A stretch of 64,000 nucleotides of DNA. It comes from Tubulanus polymorphus. Lineage: Eukaryota > Animalia > Nemertea. This document shows positions 34,967 through 45,319 of the stretch, in pieces. Below the pieces are notes generated by a model. That model was not told the DNA's origin and searched no databases. It was given only the letters and a program-made list of their open reading frames with translations. Position 1 is the first letter of the stretch; every line of letters starts with the position of its first letter. Both the position numbers and the translations under genes were made by a program. The stretch covers positions 16,603,807 to 16,667,806 of the forward strand of contig NC_134031.1 in assembly GCF_964204645.1 (NCBI RefSeq), read 5' to 3'.

Positions 34967-35986
34967 TATGTTAAATTGTGCAATAAAATTTAGTAAATAT
35001 AGCGATTATATCTGTGGGATTGTTTACTTATTGTGAAGCAAGTAAAATTGATGTGCATAGGTGAGACTAGAAGCTCGAAATGGATGATGCAATATTTTTT
35101 GCATCATCTGATGCAATATTTTCTGAGAAAAATGCTTAAAACTCTGATGAAAATCTTTTGCTTTCTACAACTTTCTCGCTGTGACCTATATTTGTGCTTT
35201 TGACAGGAAATTCTGAGAATTTTGGCACCTCTGACGTAATTATGGAAAAGCCACACTCTGATTGGTTGGCTTAGGAATTTCGTTATTGAGGAAGCTGAAC
35301 GAGATGGTGAGAAACTTCTCCACCAACTGGATAAGGAAATTGAACACGAGCAAATCAATCGTATTTTCTCTGGCTTTTTCTAATTCCTGCCAGGCTAATT
35401 CTGATGGGCATTTGTATGATGCTCTGCCTAACTCCGGCGATGATCTCATCAAGCTTCGATGATGGTTCCCGCAGATTAAGCATATCTTCCTGCGGCTTAG
35501 GTACTATTGAAATCTCGCTATCCTGATATTCTCTTTGAGGAATTCCGTGAAATTATTTTGACTCCTACATAGTGACCAAGAGTTTGCTTTCACCTTATTA
35601 TGGTTGAATCCATCAAAGTTTCGATTGATGGTGAGCGATTCCCCAAGGAGGATGTTTGTGACTTGGTTTGTGTCTCTTATGATGTTATGATTAGTTTGTC
35701 GGATAGTGAGTTGTTTAAATGAATTGGTGGTGCTTAATTGACACAACTGAAATTGATCTTCATCAGCAATGGCTATAACAACATATAAGTTTAGATTAAT
35801 AATGCACCTTTTGAATTGATGAATTTGGTGGATTATCTAAATGATGAGTATGTTCTGATTGGATATAATTTGCGTTTTATATCACAGTAGGTTTCCCAAA
35901 ACATCAAAGATTACAAACATCTGGATATTATGGAGCGCAGATGATAAAAGATAACAGATGTTTTTTTGAATCAGCTGATCGTTTCT

Positions 35987-36982
35987 CTATTTCATTATGA
36001 AAATCGCTCGTCCTGTTTTGGAGCATCGAGTCCTAACCACTGCACGGATATCGCGACCTAACATCACATATATGTAGAAATTGATGCAATTATTAGCGGT
36101 GAAAAAAACAGTTTCGACCTCATGGGCTATATTGTATGAGAATGTATTTACTGAATCTGGTAAAAACACTCGGACGAAAGTCATGACTGTAATTGGTGAA
36201 TAGCAGATTACAAAACAAATAGATGTTCCCAACAACATGACTGTAGCTCTTATTGTTGATGCTTGTTTTCCACTACCCTGACCAAAGTCTTTCTGTTGGA
36301 AAAGTGAAATCACTGTCGTGCAGTTCATTATCACTACTAAAAACATTGGACAAACAATAAAAAGAATTCCAGCATAGATGTATGTACTAGGGGCTGCTTC
36401 AGGTGTAACCACACATCCATAGCCAGGTACAAATACACCATTTGGTATATTAGGCCACATTTGACTGCAAAATCCGAGTAGACACATGATTAAAATTATA
36501 AACCACGCCGTACGAGGGGTGCACATTAGTCGACCTTTCATCGGGAATAAAACGACCACAAAACGTTCGAACGACACTAAAACGATCAACCACGATGAAA
36601 CGAGATGAAAATAATCGCCAAGAATTTCGACGGTCAAACAAGTGGCTAACGACTGATCGAAACGTATCAGCACCGAAACATTGCCGAAAACATGAACGTA
36701 GAATAAATTGATTAACATGAATAAACGTAACGTCATACAAGCATTGTCCGAAACAGAGAGAACTATTAGATATGTGCTGTATGAATGCTTTCTTAAGTCT
36801 GGGGAAATCATTACCAGAAATGCTAAACAGTTACCAACAATTCCAAATATGCAAAGAAATCCAAAAATGAAGATATAAACGATAGCTCTTCGATAACTGA
36901 TGCCATCGATTTCAATCATCACATTGAAGAAATCTTTTATCCATCCATCGGGCAACGTGAAATTGATAGGTATCGGTTCCAT
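35987..36982 (-). CDS. Intronless class A GPCR copy D
   Basis: 331 aa from MEPIPINF (ATG chosen by alignment with copies C and E). Confidence 0.92.
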   Translation of the reverse strand: MEPIPINFTLPDGWIKDFFNVMIEIDGISYRRAIVYIFIFGFLCIFGIVGNCLAFLVMISPDLRKHSYSTYLIVLSVSDNACMTLRLFMLINLFYVHVFGNVSVLIRFDQSLATCLTVEILGDYFHLVSSWLIVLVSFERFVVVLFPMKGRLMCTPRTAWFIILIMCLLGFCSQMWPNIPNGVFVPGYGCVVTPEAAPSTYIYAGILFIVCPMFLVVIMNCTTVISLFQQKDFGQGSGKQASTIRATVMLLGTSICFVICYSPITVMTFVRVFLPDSVNTFSYNIAHEVETVFFTANNCINFYIYVMLGRDIRAVVRTRCSKTGRAIFIMK

Positions 36983-37755
36983 GATGAAGTTACGGTGATA
37001 GATTTGATGTATAGTCAAAAATGTGATATTCAAAACGTAATTGAATATGTTCGTCGGACGAAATGATTGATTTTAATGATTTCTAATTTCAGTCATCTTT
37101 GTGAATTGTTTGGGAGTTATATCCAGTTACACATCGCACTGCCTGCATCCTTTACTTTTTTGAATGAATGTTTATTAGATCCTGTCATCGGTGAAATTCG
37201 GAAAAATTGTTTTTTTTTTCTTTTTAAGATAAACCTCACTGAACGATAGCAAAATCTGTCACTTGAAAGAGGAGTTGTAGAAAAGCCGCGTTAACGTGGT
37301 GACACATCTGTGAATGTGAAGACTGATGCATAGTACCAAAAATGCATAAATGATACATTGTCTCTTTATGTATTTCTGATGGTACTTAATAGGTTAACCT
37401 GATTTTATCGAGATATGAGGCAAAGCAGCTTCAGTTTGGTACTATCCATCAGTCTTCACATTTACTGATTTGACACCATGGTTAACATAGCTTTTTTACG
37501 ACTCCTCTTTCAAGTTACAGATTTTGGTATCGTTCAGCGAGGTTTATACTTTTCTAAACTACACTTACGACGGGATCTAATATACATTTGATAAGGTAAA
37601 AGAAGGAAGCATGATGTGTAACGGAATCTAACTCCTAACCAATTATCAAAGATGGTTGAAATTTAAAGCCTTAAAATCGATCATTTCATCCACCGAACAT
37701 ATTTAGATTACACATTTTTATACACTACTGCATATCTATCAGTATAACTTCCATC

Positions 37756-38730
37756 ATGGAACCGACACCGATCAATTTCACGTTGCCCGATGGATGGGTA
37801 AAAGATTTCTTCACTGTAATGATTGAAATCGACGGCATCAGTTATGGAAGAGCTTTGGTTTATATCTTCGTCTATGGATTTCTCTGCATCTTCGGAATTG
37901 TCGGTAACTGTTCAGCATTTCTGGTGATGATTTCGCCAGACTTAAGAAAGCATTCATACAGCACATATCTAATAGTTCTCTCTGTTTCGGACAATGCTTG
38001 TATGACGCTACGATTATTCATGTTAATCAATTTATTCTACGTTCATGTTTTCGGCAATGTTTCGGCGCTAATACGTTTCGATCAGTCGTTAGCCGCTTGT
38101 TTGACCGTTGAAATTCTCGGCGATTATTTTCATCTCGTTTCATCGTGGTTGATCGATTTAGTGTCGTTCGAACGTTTTGTGGTCGTTTTATTCCCGATGA
38201 AAGGTCGACTAATGTGTACCCCTCGTACGGCGCGGTTTATAACTTCGATCATGTGTCTACTCGGATTTTGCAGTCAAATGTGGCCGAATATACCAAATGG
38301 TGTATTTGTACCTGGCTATGGATGTGTGGTTACACCTGAAGCAGCCCCTAGTACATACATCTATGCTAGAAGTTGTTCAATTATTTGTCCAATGTTTTTA
38401 GTAGTCGTACTTAACTGCACGACGGTGATTTCGCTTTTCCAACAGAAAGACTTTGGTCAGGGTAGTGGAAAACAAGCATCCACAATAAGAGCTACTGTCA
38501 TGCTGTTGGGAACATCTATTTGTTTTGTAATCTGTTATTCACCAATTACGGTGATGACTTTCGTCCGAGTGTTTTTACCACATTTATTAACGACATTCTC
38601 ATTCAATATGGCCGACGAGGTCGGAGTCGTATTTTTAACCACAAATAATTGTATCAATTTCTATATATACGTGATGTTAGGACGTGATATCCGTTCAGTG
38701 GTTAGGAATCAATGCTCCAAAATTAAATGA
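37756..38730 (+). CDS. Intronless class A GPCR copy E (inverted partner of D)
   Basis: 324 aa with the same motifs; V>D change in TM3 (WLIDLVSFERF). Confidence 0.9.
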   Translation: MEPTPINFTLPDGWVKDFFTVMIEIDGISYGRALVYIFVYGFLCIFGIVGNCSAFLVMISPDLRKHSYSTYLIVLSVSDNACMTLRLFMLINLFYVHVFGNVSALIRFDQSLAACLTVEILGDYFHLVSSWLIDLVSFERFVVVLFPMKGRLMCTPRTARFITSIMCLLGFCSQMWPNIPNGVFVPGYGCVVTPEAAPSTYIYARSCSIICPMFLVVVLNCTTVISLFQQKDFGQGSGKQASTIRATVMLLGTSICFVICYSPITVMTFVRVFLPHLLTTFSFNMADEVGVVFLTTNNCINFYIYVMLGRDIRSVVRNQCSKIK

Positions 38731-39562
38731 TTTTCTATTGAAATAGATATTAACAGACCAATGGTCTTCTAGACCATTAACTAATACATCGTTTAGAATT
38801 GATGGGTAAGTGAAAAATGCTTTGCATTAGTCGGTTTAGAGCATTTCTTGGACCTGTCTGTGACAATCATTTTTTTCAATCATTCCATTCAGTGACATCA
38901 GCTCCTATGTATACTCGTCCACTGTAGAGTATTGGGAAGATATGACTTTCCAATGGAATATGTAGGGATCCAGAGGATCAGATCAGGCGACTGTCTCTCT
39001 TTTTCCCTTTCTCAATCCTCTCTTCTATTCCCAAAACTCATCAACAAAAAAAGGGTTAGAGGAAATAGGTTTTATTTCTAAACAAGATAAAAAGGCTTGG
39101 CAGCTAACCTCTCTTATCCAAGTTATCCAAGGATAGGTATCAAACAAGAAGTTACCAAAGTACAAGTTCAACCGGCAGCAACAATCCGCCGAAAATTGCG
39201 TCATTTGGTTCAAAATATAGCAAGGGGCGTGAAGCCTTCAGCCCGAATTCACGAGAAAAAGTCTGCTAGGGTACAAGTCACCCAGAGAATGATGAGGAAT
39301 TTCCCAAAAGCGCGAGCCAAACAAAGGTATGAGAACCGAGGAAAAGACCTGTAGAAACCTGTAAACATCCAAGGGCTAGATATTTTTTTTTGATCTTGAA
39401 ATAGGGATTGTCCCTGTTACTTATTTGGTTGGTAAATTTCGTAGCTTGATGACCAAATTTTCAAGTAAGTCGTATCACATGCAATGGATCAGATGACAAT
39501 GATATAAGCTTACTATAATACAAGTGTTGCAGCCTGAGAGAGATCTTAGTAATAAAAAATTA

Positions 39563-39755
39563 CAAAATTTACACTGTCGAACCTCACTAGTTTGAACAAA
39601 ATTTACACTGTCCAACCTCACTAGTTGGTGCAAAATCTTTGAGGTCCAACCTAACTAGTTTTTCCAAAATCCTGCATAACTCCCTGTAGTTGACACGAAT
39701 CTTTACTGCTCAACCTCACTAGTTAGCGCAAAACTTCGAAACTCCAACCTCACAA
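39563..39755. repeat. Degenerate minisatellite, about 6 units of about 34 bp
   Basis: Units of caaaat..actgtccaacctcactagtt start at about 39563, 39597, 39631, 39665, 39696 and 39729. Confidence 0.8.
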
Positions 39756-39891
39756 TACTCGACCAAGCAGGCTGAAGTCTTCAGGCAAGATTGAAGGAAA
39801 GATTGATTTTAAAGGGATCAAATTTCAGTCATCTTATGATGACTACCCAGAAATTGATAGATGGATGTCCATATGGACAAATTCAATTACC

Positions 39892-40011
39892 CAGCCCAGT
39901 TTCACACAAAGGATTAAGGCTTAAATTGATTTACCCGGTAAGATAAACTGAATTAATGAAGAAATGAAATTGATTTAAGATTTAAACCTTTTTGCGAAAC
40001 TGGGCCCTCAG
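39892..40011. mobile_element. Palindromic MITE (GCCCAGTTTC termini)
   Basis: gcccagtttcacacaaaggattaa / tttaaacctttttgcgaaactgggc. Confidence 0.62.
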
Positions 40012-40337
40012 GTCTGGTTGTAGATTCTACTGAGATGTATCCTATAAGAAAGATAAATTCCTCTATTGCACAAGCCATAAAATGTCTCCAAGTTAACGCA
40101 AAGATGAATGAAAATATTGTACTTAAGGAAAGTAAATCGACCAACGAAGTGTAGATTGTATTTCATGTAGCCAGTCGGTTTTCGAATCAAATTGCCAGAC
40201 CATGAAAACACCGAACTTGAAACATAATTCTTAAACCTTCCGGCAAGTTTCTCAGTACACAATGATATTTACCATTCAGATGATAAGATTTCATAATATC
40301 TCAGCATTATGAACATCGATATACTATCGGTTCAGCG

Positions 40338-41327
40338 ATGTCAGCAAACTCTACCTTACCACCTGGGTGGACGAAAGATTTCTTCACTGGATTGGTTGAA
40401 ATCTACGGCATCAGTTATCGAAGAGCTATCATTTATATCTTCATTTATGGATTTCTCTGTATATTTGGAATTGTCGGTAACTGTTTAGCATTTCTGGTCA
40501 TGATTTCACCAGACTTAAGAAAGCATTCATACAGCACATATCTAATAGTTCTCTCTGTTTCGGACAATGCTTGTATGACGCTACGTTTATTCATGTTAAT
40601 CAATTTATTCTACGTTCATGTTTTCGGCAATGATTCGGTGCTGATACGTTTCGATCAGTCGTTAGCCGCTTGTCTGACCGTCGAAATTCTCGGCGATTAT
40701 TCTCATCTCGTTTCATCGTGGTTGATCGTTTTAGTGTCGTTCGAACGTTTTGTGGTCGTTTTATTCCCGATGAAAGGTCGACTAATGTGCACCCCTCGTA
40801 CGGCGCGGTTTATAACTTCCATCATGTGTCTACTCGGATTTTGCAGTCAAATGTGGCCGAATATCCCAAATGGATTGTTTGTTGAGGGTTATGGGTGCAT
40901 TGTCACATCCAATGATGCGGCCATCACTCACATATATGCCCGGGCCTTTCTTATAATCGTTCCCATGTTTTTGGTTGTATTTCTCAACAGCACAACAGTA
41001 CTTTCTCTTTTCCAACAGAAAGACTTTGGTCAGGGTAGTGGAAAACAAGCATCAACAATAAGAGCTACTGTCATGTTGTTGGGAACATCTATTTGTTTTG
41101 TCATCTGTTATTCACCAATTACGGTGATGACTTTCGTCCGAGTATTTTTACCACATTTATTAACAACATTCTCATTCAATATGGCCGACGAGGTCGGGGG
41201 TGTATTTTTTACAGCAAATAATTGCATCAATTTCTACATATACGTGATGTTGGGTCGCGAAATTAAGTTCATATTAAAATCCCAGTGCTTCCGAATGTGT
41301 CCAATAGAAAATGGTGCGAAAGAATAG
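40338..41327 (+). CDS. Intronless class A GPCR copy F
   Basis: 329 aa; N-terminus (MSANSTLP) and about 200 bp of upstream DNA are shared with copy A. Confidence 0.92.
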   Translation: MSANSTLPPGWTKDFFTGLVEIYGISYRRAIIYIFIYGFLCIFGIVGNCLAFLVMISPDLRKHSYSTYLIVLSVSDNACMTLRLFMLINLFYVHVFGNDSVLIRFDQSLAACLTVEILGDYSHLVSSWLIVLVSFERFVVVLFPMKGRLMCTPRTARFITSIMCLLGFCSQMWPNIPNGLFVEGYGCIVTSNDAAITHIYARAFLIIVPMFLVVFLNSTTVLSLFQQKDFGQGSGKQASTIRATVMLLGTSICFVICYSPITVMTFVRVFLPHLLTTFSFNMADEVGGVFFTANNCINFYIYVMLGREIKFILKSQCFRMCPIENGAKE

Positions 41328-41642
41328 ACAAAAACACATTTTTATTTGTTATCAAAGTAAAAAAAATACTTTTAAATGATAATCCTGAATATCTGGTCTT
41401 TGCTCTTTTATGATGCTTTGAATCATCGTTTGACCCGGTCTTCAGATGAAATGTTCGAACGGGATCAGTCTACAACTGACTGTTTTTAATATGAACATGA
41501 TTTACAGTTATATATAACAGTAAAAAATAGTAATTACATTTATTACTGATAGAATATTGTATATAAATCTATTGAAACAATTGAAATTATCAGCTTTGTT
41601 TTTCAAATGATTATGTCATGCATTGTGAAAATGAAAAATAAA

Positions 41643-41645
<3 letters not shown>

Positions 41646-41683
<38 letters not shown>
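41646..41683. repeat. (TA)n microsatellite
   Basis: About 19 TA units. Confidence 0.95.
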
Positions 41684-41688
<5 letters not shown>

Positions 41689-41752
41689 AAAAGTGATGTA
41701 AAAAATAGAAATAACTTATTAATAAATGGAAAAAGTGTCACATTCTTGATAT

Positions 41753-43942
41753 TCATTGTTGGTCTATGTTTCTCCATGCGATGAAACGAATAATTTTCGC
41801 CGGCGTATGAATGCGAGATAGCGCATTTACGACGCTAGATCTCCCCGCTACGGCGACCGCGCGACGGAACGAGATGCGACAATGCGAAGACAGCGTTAAC
41901 GGTTGAGACAGCGATTCTCGTATGGATTTCTTGAGCGCCGGCGGTATCGACGGACAGTCGCAAAACACTCGATTCATCAACGTACGACTGGTTTCCCCGA
42001 GTAAATTACACTCTCTTAGACGAGTTATGAATTCTAAAGCGTACGGTTTCTTACATATCGCGCGCACGTACGCGTCTAAACGCCGGTCCTTTTCATGTTC
42101 TAAACGAAGGTATCCGCAGCACTCTTCGACGACGGCGATTTCTAAGCTGTAGTTTTTTATTGTCGCCAGAGTCTCGAGACGTATATCGCCGATGCCTCCC
42201 GTAAGATCGATGATTTCGCGAATTGCCCTGACCATGACGAACGTATTTTGTAAGAACGCCGGCGGACTCGCCAACAACGAACCTAAAGACATTTTCGGTA
42301 TACCGCGTTTAATGTCGTCCGGTGAAAGTTTCGATTTCAGTAGTTGAAGATACGGCGGGTACAAACACGCGTAGACGAACGCGTTGTATTTCGAACTCGG
42401 GTTCGGACGCGCGCCGTGATCGATCAGCGAAGAAATGATCGTCTCCATTCGTTCGTAAAACGTGCCGGCGATTTCGTGGCCGACCTGCGGAGCGTAACTA
42501 CGACAAACCATCAGCAGTATGGATTCGTTTAAACCGGGTAAGATGTAACGAGCGTCTGCTCCGTTCTCGAGCAGAAGCTTCGTAACTGCCGCGTATCCGT
42601 TCCTCGCGGCAACGGCGAGAGGAGTCATCCCGCCTTGAGACGTTTGATCGACATCGGCGCCCGCTTCGACGAAATATCGAACGAGTTGGAGATTTTCGGG
42701 AACGAGCGCGCACGCTATACTTATCGGAGACTGGTCGTGGTGTCCTTTTGAATTGATATCAGCTCCGTGCTCAACCAGGAGCTCGATTATCTCATGCCTT
42801 TGATAGATGCATGCTGTGTGTAGAGCAGTTTGATCCATCCAATCTTTCAGCGAAATGTCCGCATCATTCGCGAGGAGAAATTTCACGATTTCAAAACGAT
42901 CGCGTTTTACAGCGATGTGCAGCGGTGTCCGATTTGTGCTGTCAACGGCGTCGATATCGGCTCCTCGAGACGACAGTAGTCTGACCATATCGATGTAACC
43001 CTTCTGGACTGCCAGATGCAGCGACGTTTTTCCTTGGTCGCTCGCGAAATGATAATCAATCGGCCAGCCGATCTCTAGTAGTTCTTCGGTACACGTTACG
43101 CAATTGTTCTTGATGGCTAGATTAAACAGAGTTTCATCGCGCGCTTCGATCCATTCCGGGTTCAAATTAAGCAGACTGAATTTGTAGACGTATATTATTT
43201 TTAAAATGTCATCGCATATCGGTGTTATCGCGCGCAGCTCCGATGGATTCGGTAGATACGATATCAACAGCTTCACGACGGCCGAGTGTCCCCATCTGCC
43301 GCTCAACAGTAACGCTTTCTGTAACTGATCGGGCAGACGACATTCCGGATATTTGACGAGATACGGCCGAACGATTTCTTCGCGTCCCCACGAGCATTCT
43401 TCGTACCAAATACATAGAACGAGTTCGGACAAACATTTACAACCGTAATGTTCTAGAATCGTCCGATTCGTGGCCAGTTCGTGGTCGAGCAAAGTCTGCA
43501 GTACGCCTTTCGATTCGAATTCGCATTCGAGTTCGCGTATACGGCGAACGGAGAAAGCTTCCTCGCCGTCCTGTACCAGCGTCGTACAGATGACGGATAT
43601 CGCTAACGGAGATCGCATCGACGTCATGTAATCGGTTTCGACCGCGTGTCGTAACAGCACGGCGATCATTACGTAGAAACCGTTCTCGACGACGAATCGT
43701 AGATACTTCGACGACACCGACGATTTCACTTTCATCCTGTCGGCGAAAAGGGCGTCGACGATTTCGGCGACTTCGACTTGCAGACGGCTGGTGCTGTGTA
43801 GTACGTGAGTGAATAGATACGTAACGTCTACGTACGCTCCGATCGATGAGTAAGATTCTCGTAGTTCGACGATCAGACGTTTGTTACCGGTCTCAACGGC
43901 GTGAATGACAGCGCTGTTGATGTACGCTTTAGAAACACCCAT
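41753..43942 (-). CDS. Ankyrin-repeat and SOCS-box (ASB-like) protein, about 729 aa, apparently a single coding exon
   Basis: Ankyrin repeats (GKTSLHLAVQKG, RTPLHIAV, QTALHTAC, MTPLAVAARNG) and a C-terminal SOCS box PLTLSSHCRISFRRAV..LSRIHTPAKIIRFI. An acceptor ttctcag lies just before the ATG at 43942; candidate non-coding exons are near 44420-44560 and 44630. Confidence 0.88.
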   Translation of the reverse strand: MGVSKAYINSAVIHAVETGNKRLIVELRESYSSIGAYVDVTYLFTHVLHSTSRLQVEVAEIVDALFADRMKVKSSVSSKYLRFVVENGFYVMIAVLLRHAVETDYMTSMRSPLAISVICTTLVQDGEEAFSVRRIRELECEFESKGVLQTLLDHELATNRTILEHYGCKCLSELVLCIWYEECSWGREEIVRPYLVKYPECRLPDQLQKALLLSGRWGHSAVVKLLISYLPNPSELRAITPICDDILKIIYVYKFSLLNLNPEWIEARDETLFNLAIKNNCVTCTEELLEIGWPIDYHFASDQGKTSLHLAVQKGYIDMVRLLSSRGADIDAVDSTNRTPLHIAVKRDRFEIVKFLLANDADISLKDWMDQTALHTACIYQRHEIIELLVEHGADINSKGHHDQSPISIACALVPENLQLVRYFVEAGADVDQTSQGGMTPLAVAARNGYAAVTKLLLENGADARYILPGLNESILLMVCRSYAPQVGHEIAGTFYERMETIISSLIDHGARPNPSSKYNAFVYACLYPPYLQLLKSKLSPDDIKRGIPKMSLGSLLASPPAFLQNTFVMVRAIREIIDLTGGIGDIRLETLATIKNYSLEIAVVEECCGYLRLEHEKDRRLDAYVRAICKKPYALEFITRLRECNLLGETSRTLMNRVFCDCPSIPPALKKSIRESLSQPLTLSSHCRISFRRAVAVAGRSSVVNALSRIHTPAKIIRFIAWRNIDQQ

Positions 43943-45319
43943 CGCCTGAGAAAGAAATGAAATAATTTCGTCAATTTTCAATATCATATTATCTGATATA
44001 GATTTGCATTATTGATGACATTTCAGAGATGTCAACTGTTCCTGATTTTCAGTATTTGTTACTATTTCATGATGAGAAATACTGATTCGATTTGATTTGT
44101 TTGATGCATACAGAAATATGAATGATGTTACTGAGGGTTTTACTGTTAATGACTGATTAATTGGGAACATTTTCTTTCATTTTTCAATGTAATGTGACTG
44201 AAAAAAATTCAACTTGTTACTGATACCGCTTTTCAGAGGTTGGCAGCCTGGACATTTGTAAGTGCAATAGATCACAGGGTTGTACATGAATTTTATTGGG
44301 TATCCCGTCTCTGAATATGAGACGGTTTTTCAATCAGGCTGGTTTTTGGGATCATATGACAAGACAAATAATACTTGAAGGTTAAGAAAATTTTTTTTCT
44401 TAGATGATCTGCTCATTTACCTGATGAAGTTACTGTATACTAGTAGGGAAAACTTGTAATTGGAATAGAAGCAGGTTAACCTTCAAAGTACAACCAGTCT
44501 TCACGATTACTCATTCGACACCAGGTAACACAGCCCCTCCATAACTCTTGTCACAAGAGATCTACCAAAATATTATTGATAGTGCCCTAAGATATTGTAT
44601 TGTTATTGGTATATTGAGGCTACTCACTTGAGACAATTCAACACATTTTTAAAAAGTGACTCATTGTTAGGTTAAAAGACTGGTACCAACCCGATTCAGT
44701 CTTGTTTATTTACATTTTCGACGGTGTCATGACGGAATCGTATGTACGACAACAGTTGTCACATGACTGACAAAATGTCCGCCGAACTGGGTTATAGATA
44801 TTCGTATGATTATCACATTCTGTCAGTCATTCTTATCAATGCTTTTCAATTATTCCAACACTATCACAATGTACATATGATCGAGATCTCAAAATTTTGA
44901 CAATCGATTTCGGACACTTTGACCTGAGGTACGGTTTTCAACATAAGTTTTTCTCAACATATATAAACTTGGCTTTTTATCAACCGAATGGTTTGACGAT
45001 TACAAATCGTACTATATTTAGTTGAGATCTTTTGTTGAAGTTTCAATCAGGCATATTTTATGACCCGCGGGTATGATATTATTGTCTTGTAGACCTACTT
45101 GTTGACATGAACAGTCATAATTCTATTCTATTAATGCACGTCTCATACGTGCTGTTTTAATGACTTAACTTGCGTACTTCAATATCACACGAACAATCGG
45201 GTGAAATAGATAGGTCTTAACCGGCATTGGATTTAGTCGTTAGAAGAGAACTGCTGTGAACTGCTGCTGTGAATTTGTCGTTTCTGTAATAGTGAGATAT
45301 ATTTCTCATATAGGTGGAA

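Noticed and set aside
35104-35746. Coding-looking insert between receptors C and D
   Set aside because: Multiple stops in all frames and no recognisable domain; possibly decayed transposon, not assignable.
39563-39755. CRISPR-like periodicity
   Set aside because: Eukaryotic context, degenerate repeats, no unique spacers of proper length and no cas genes.
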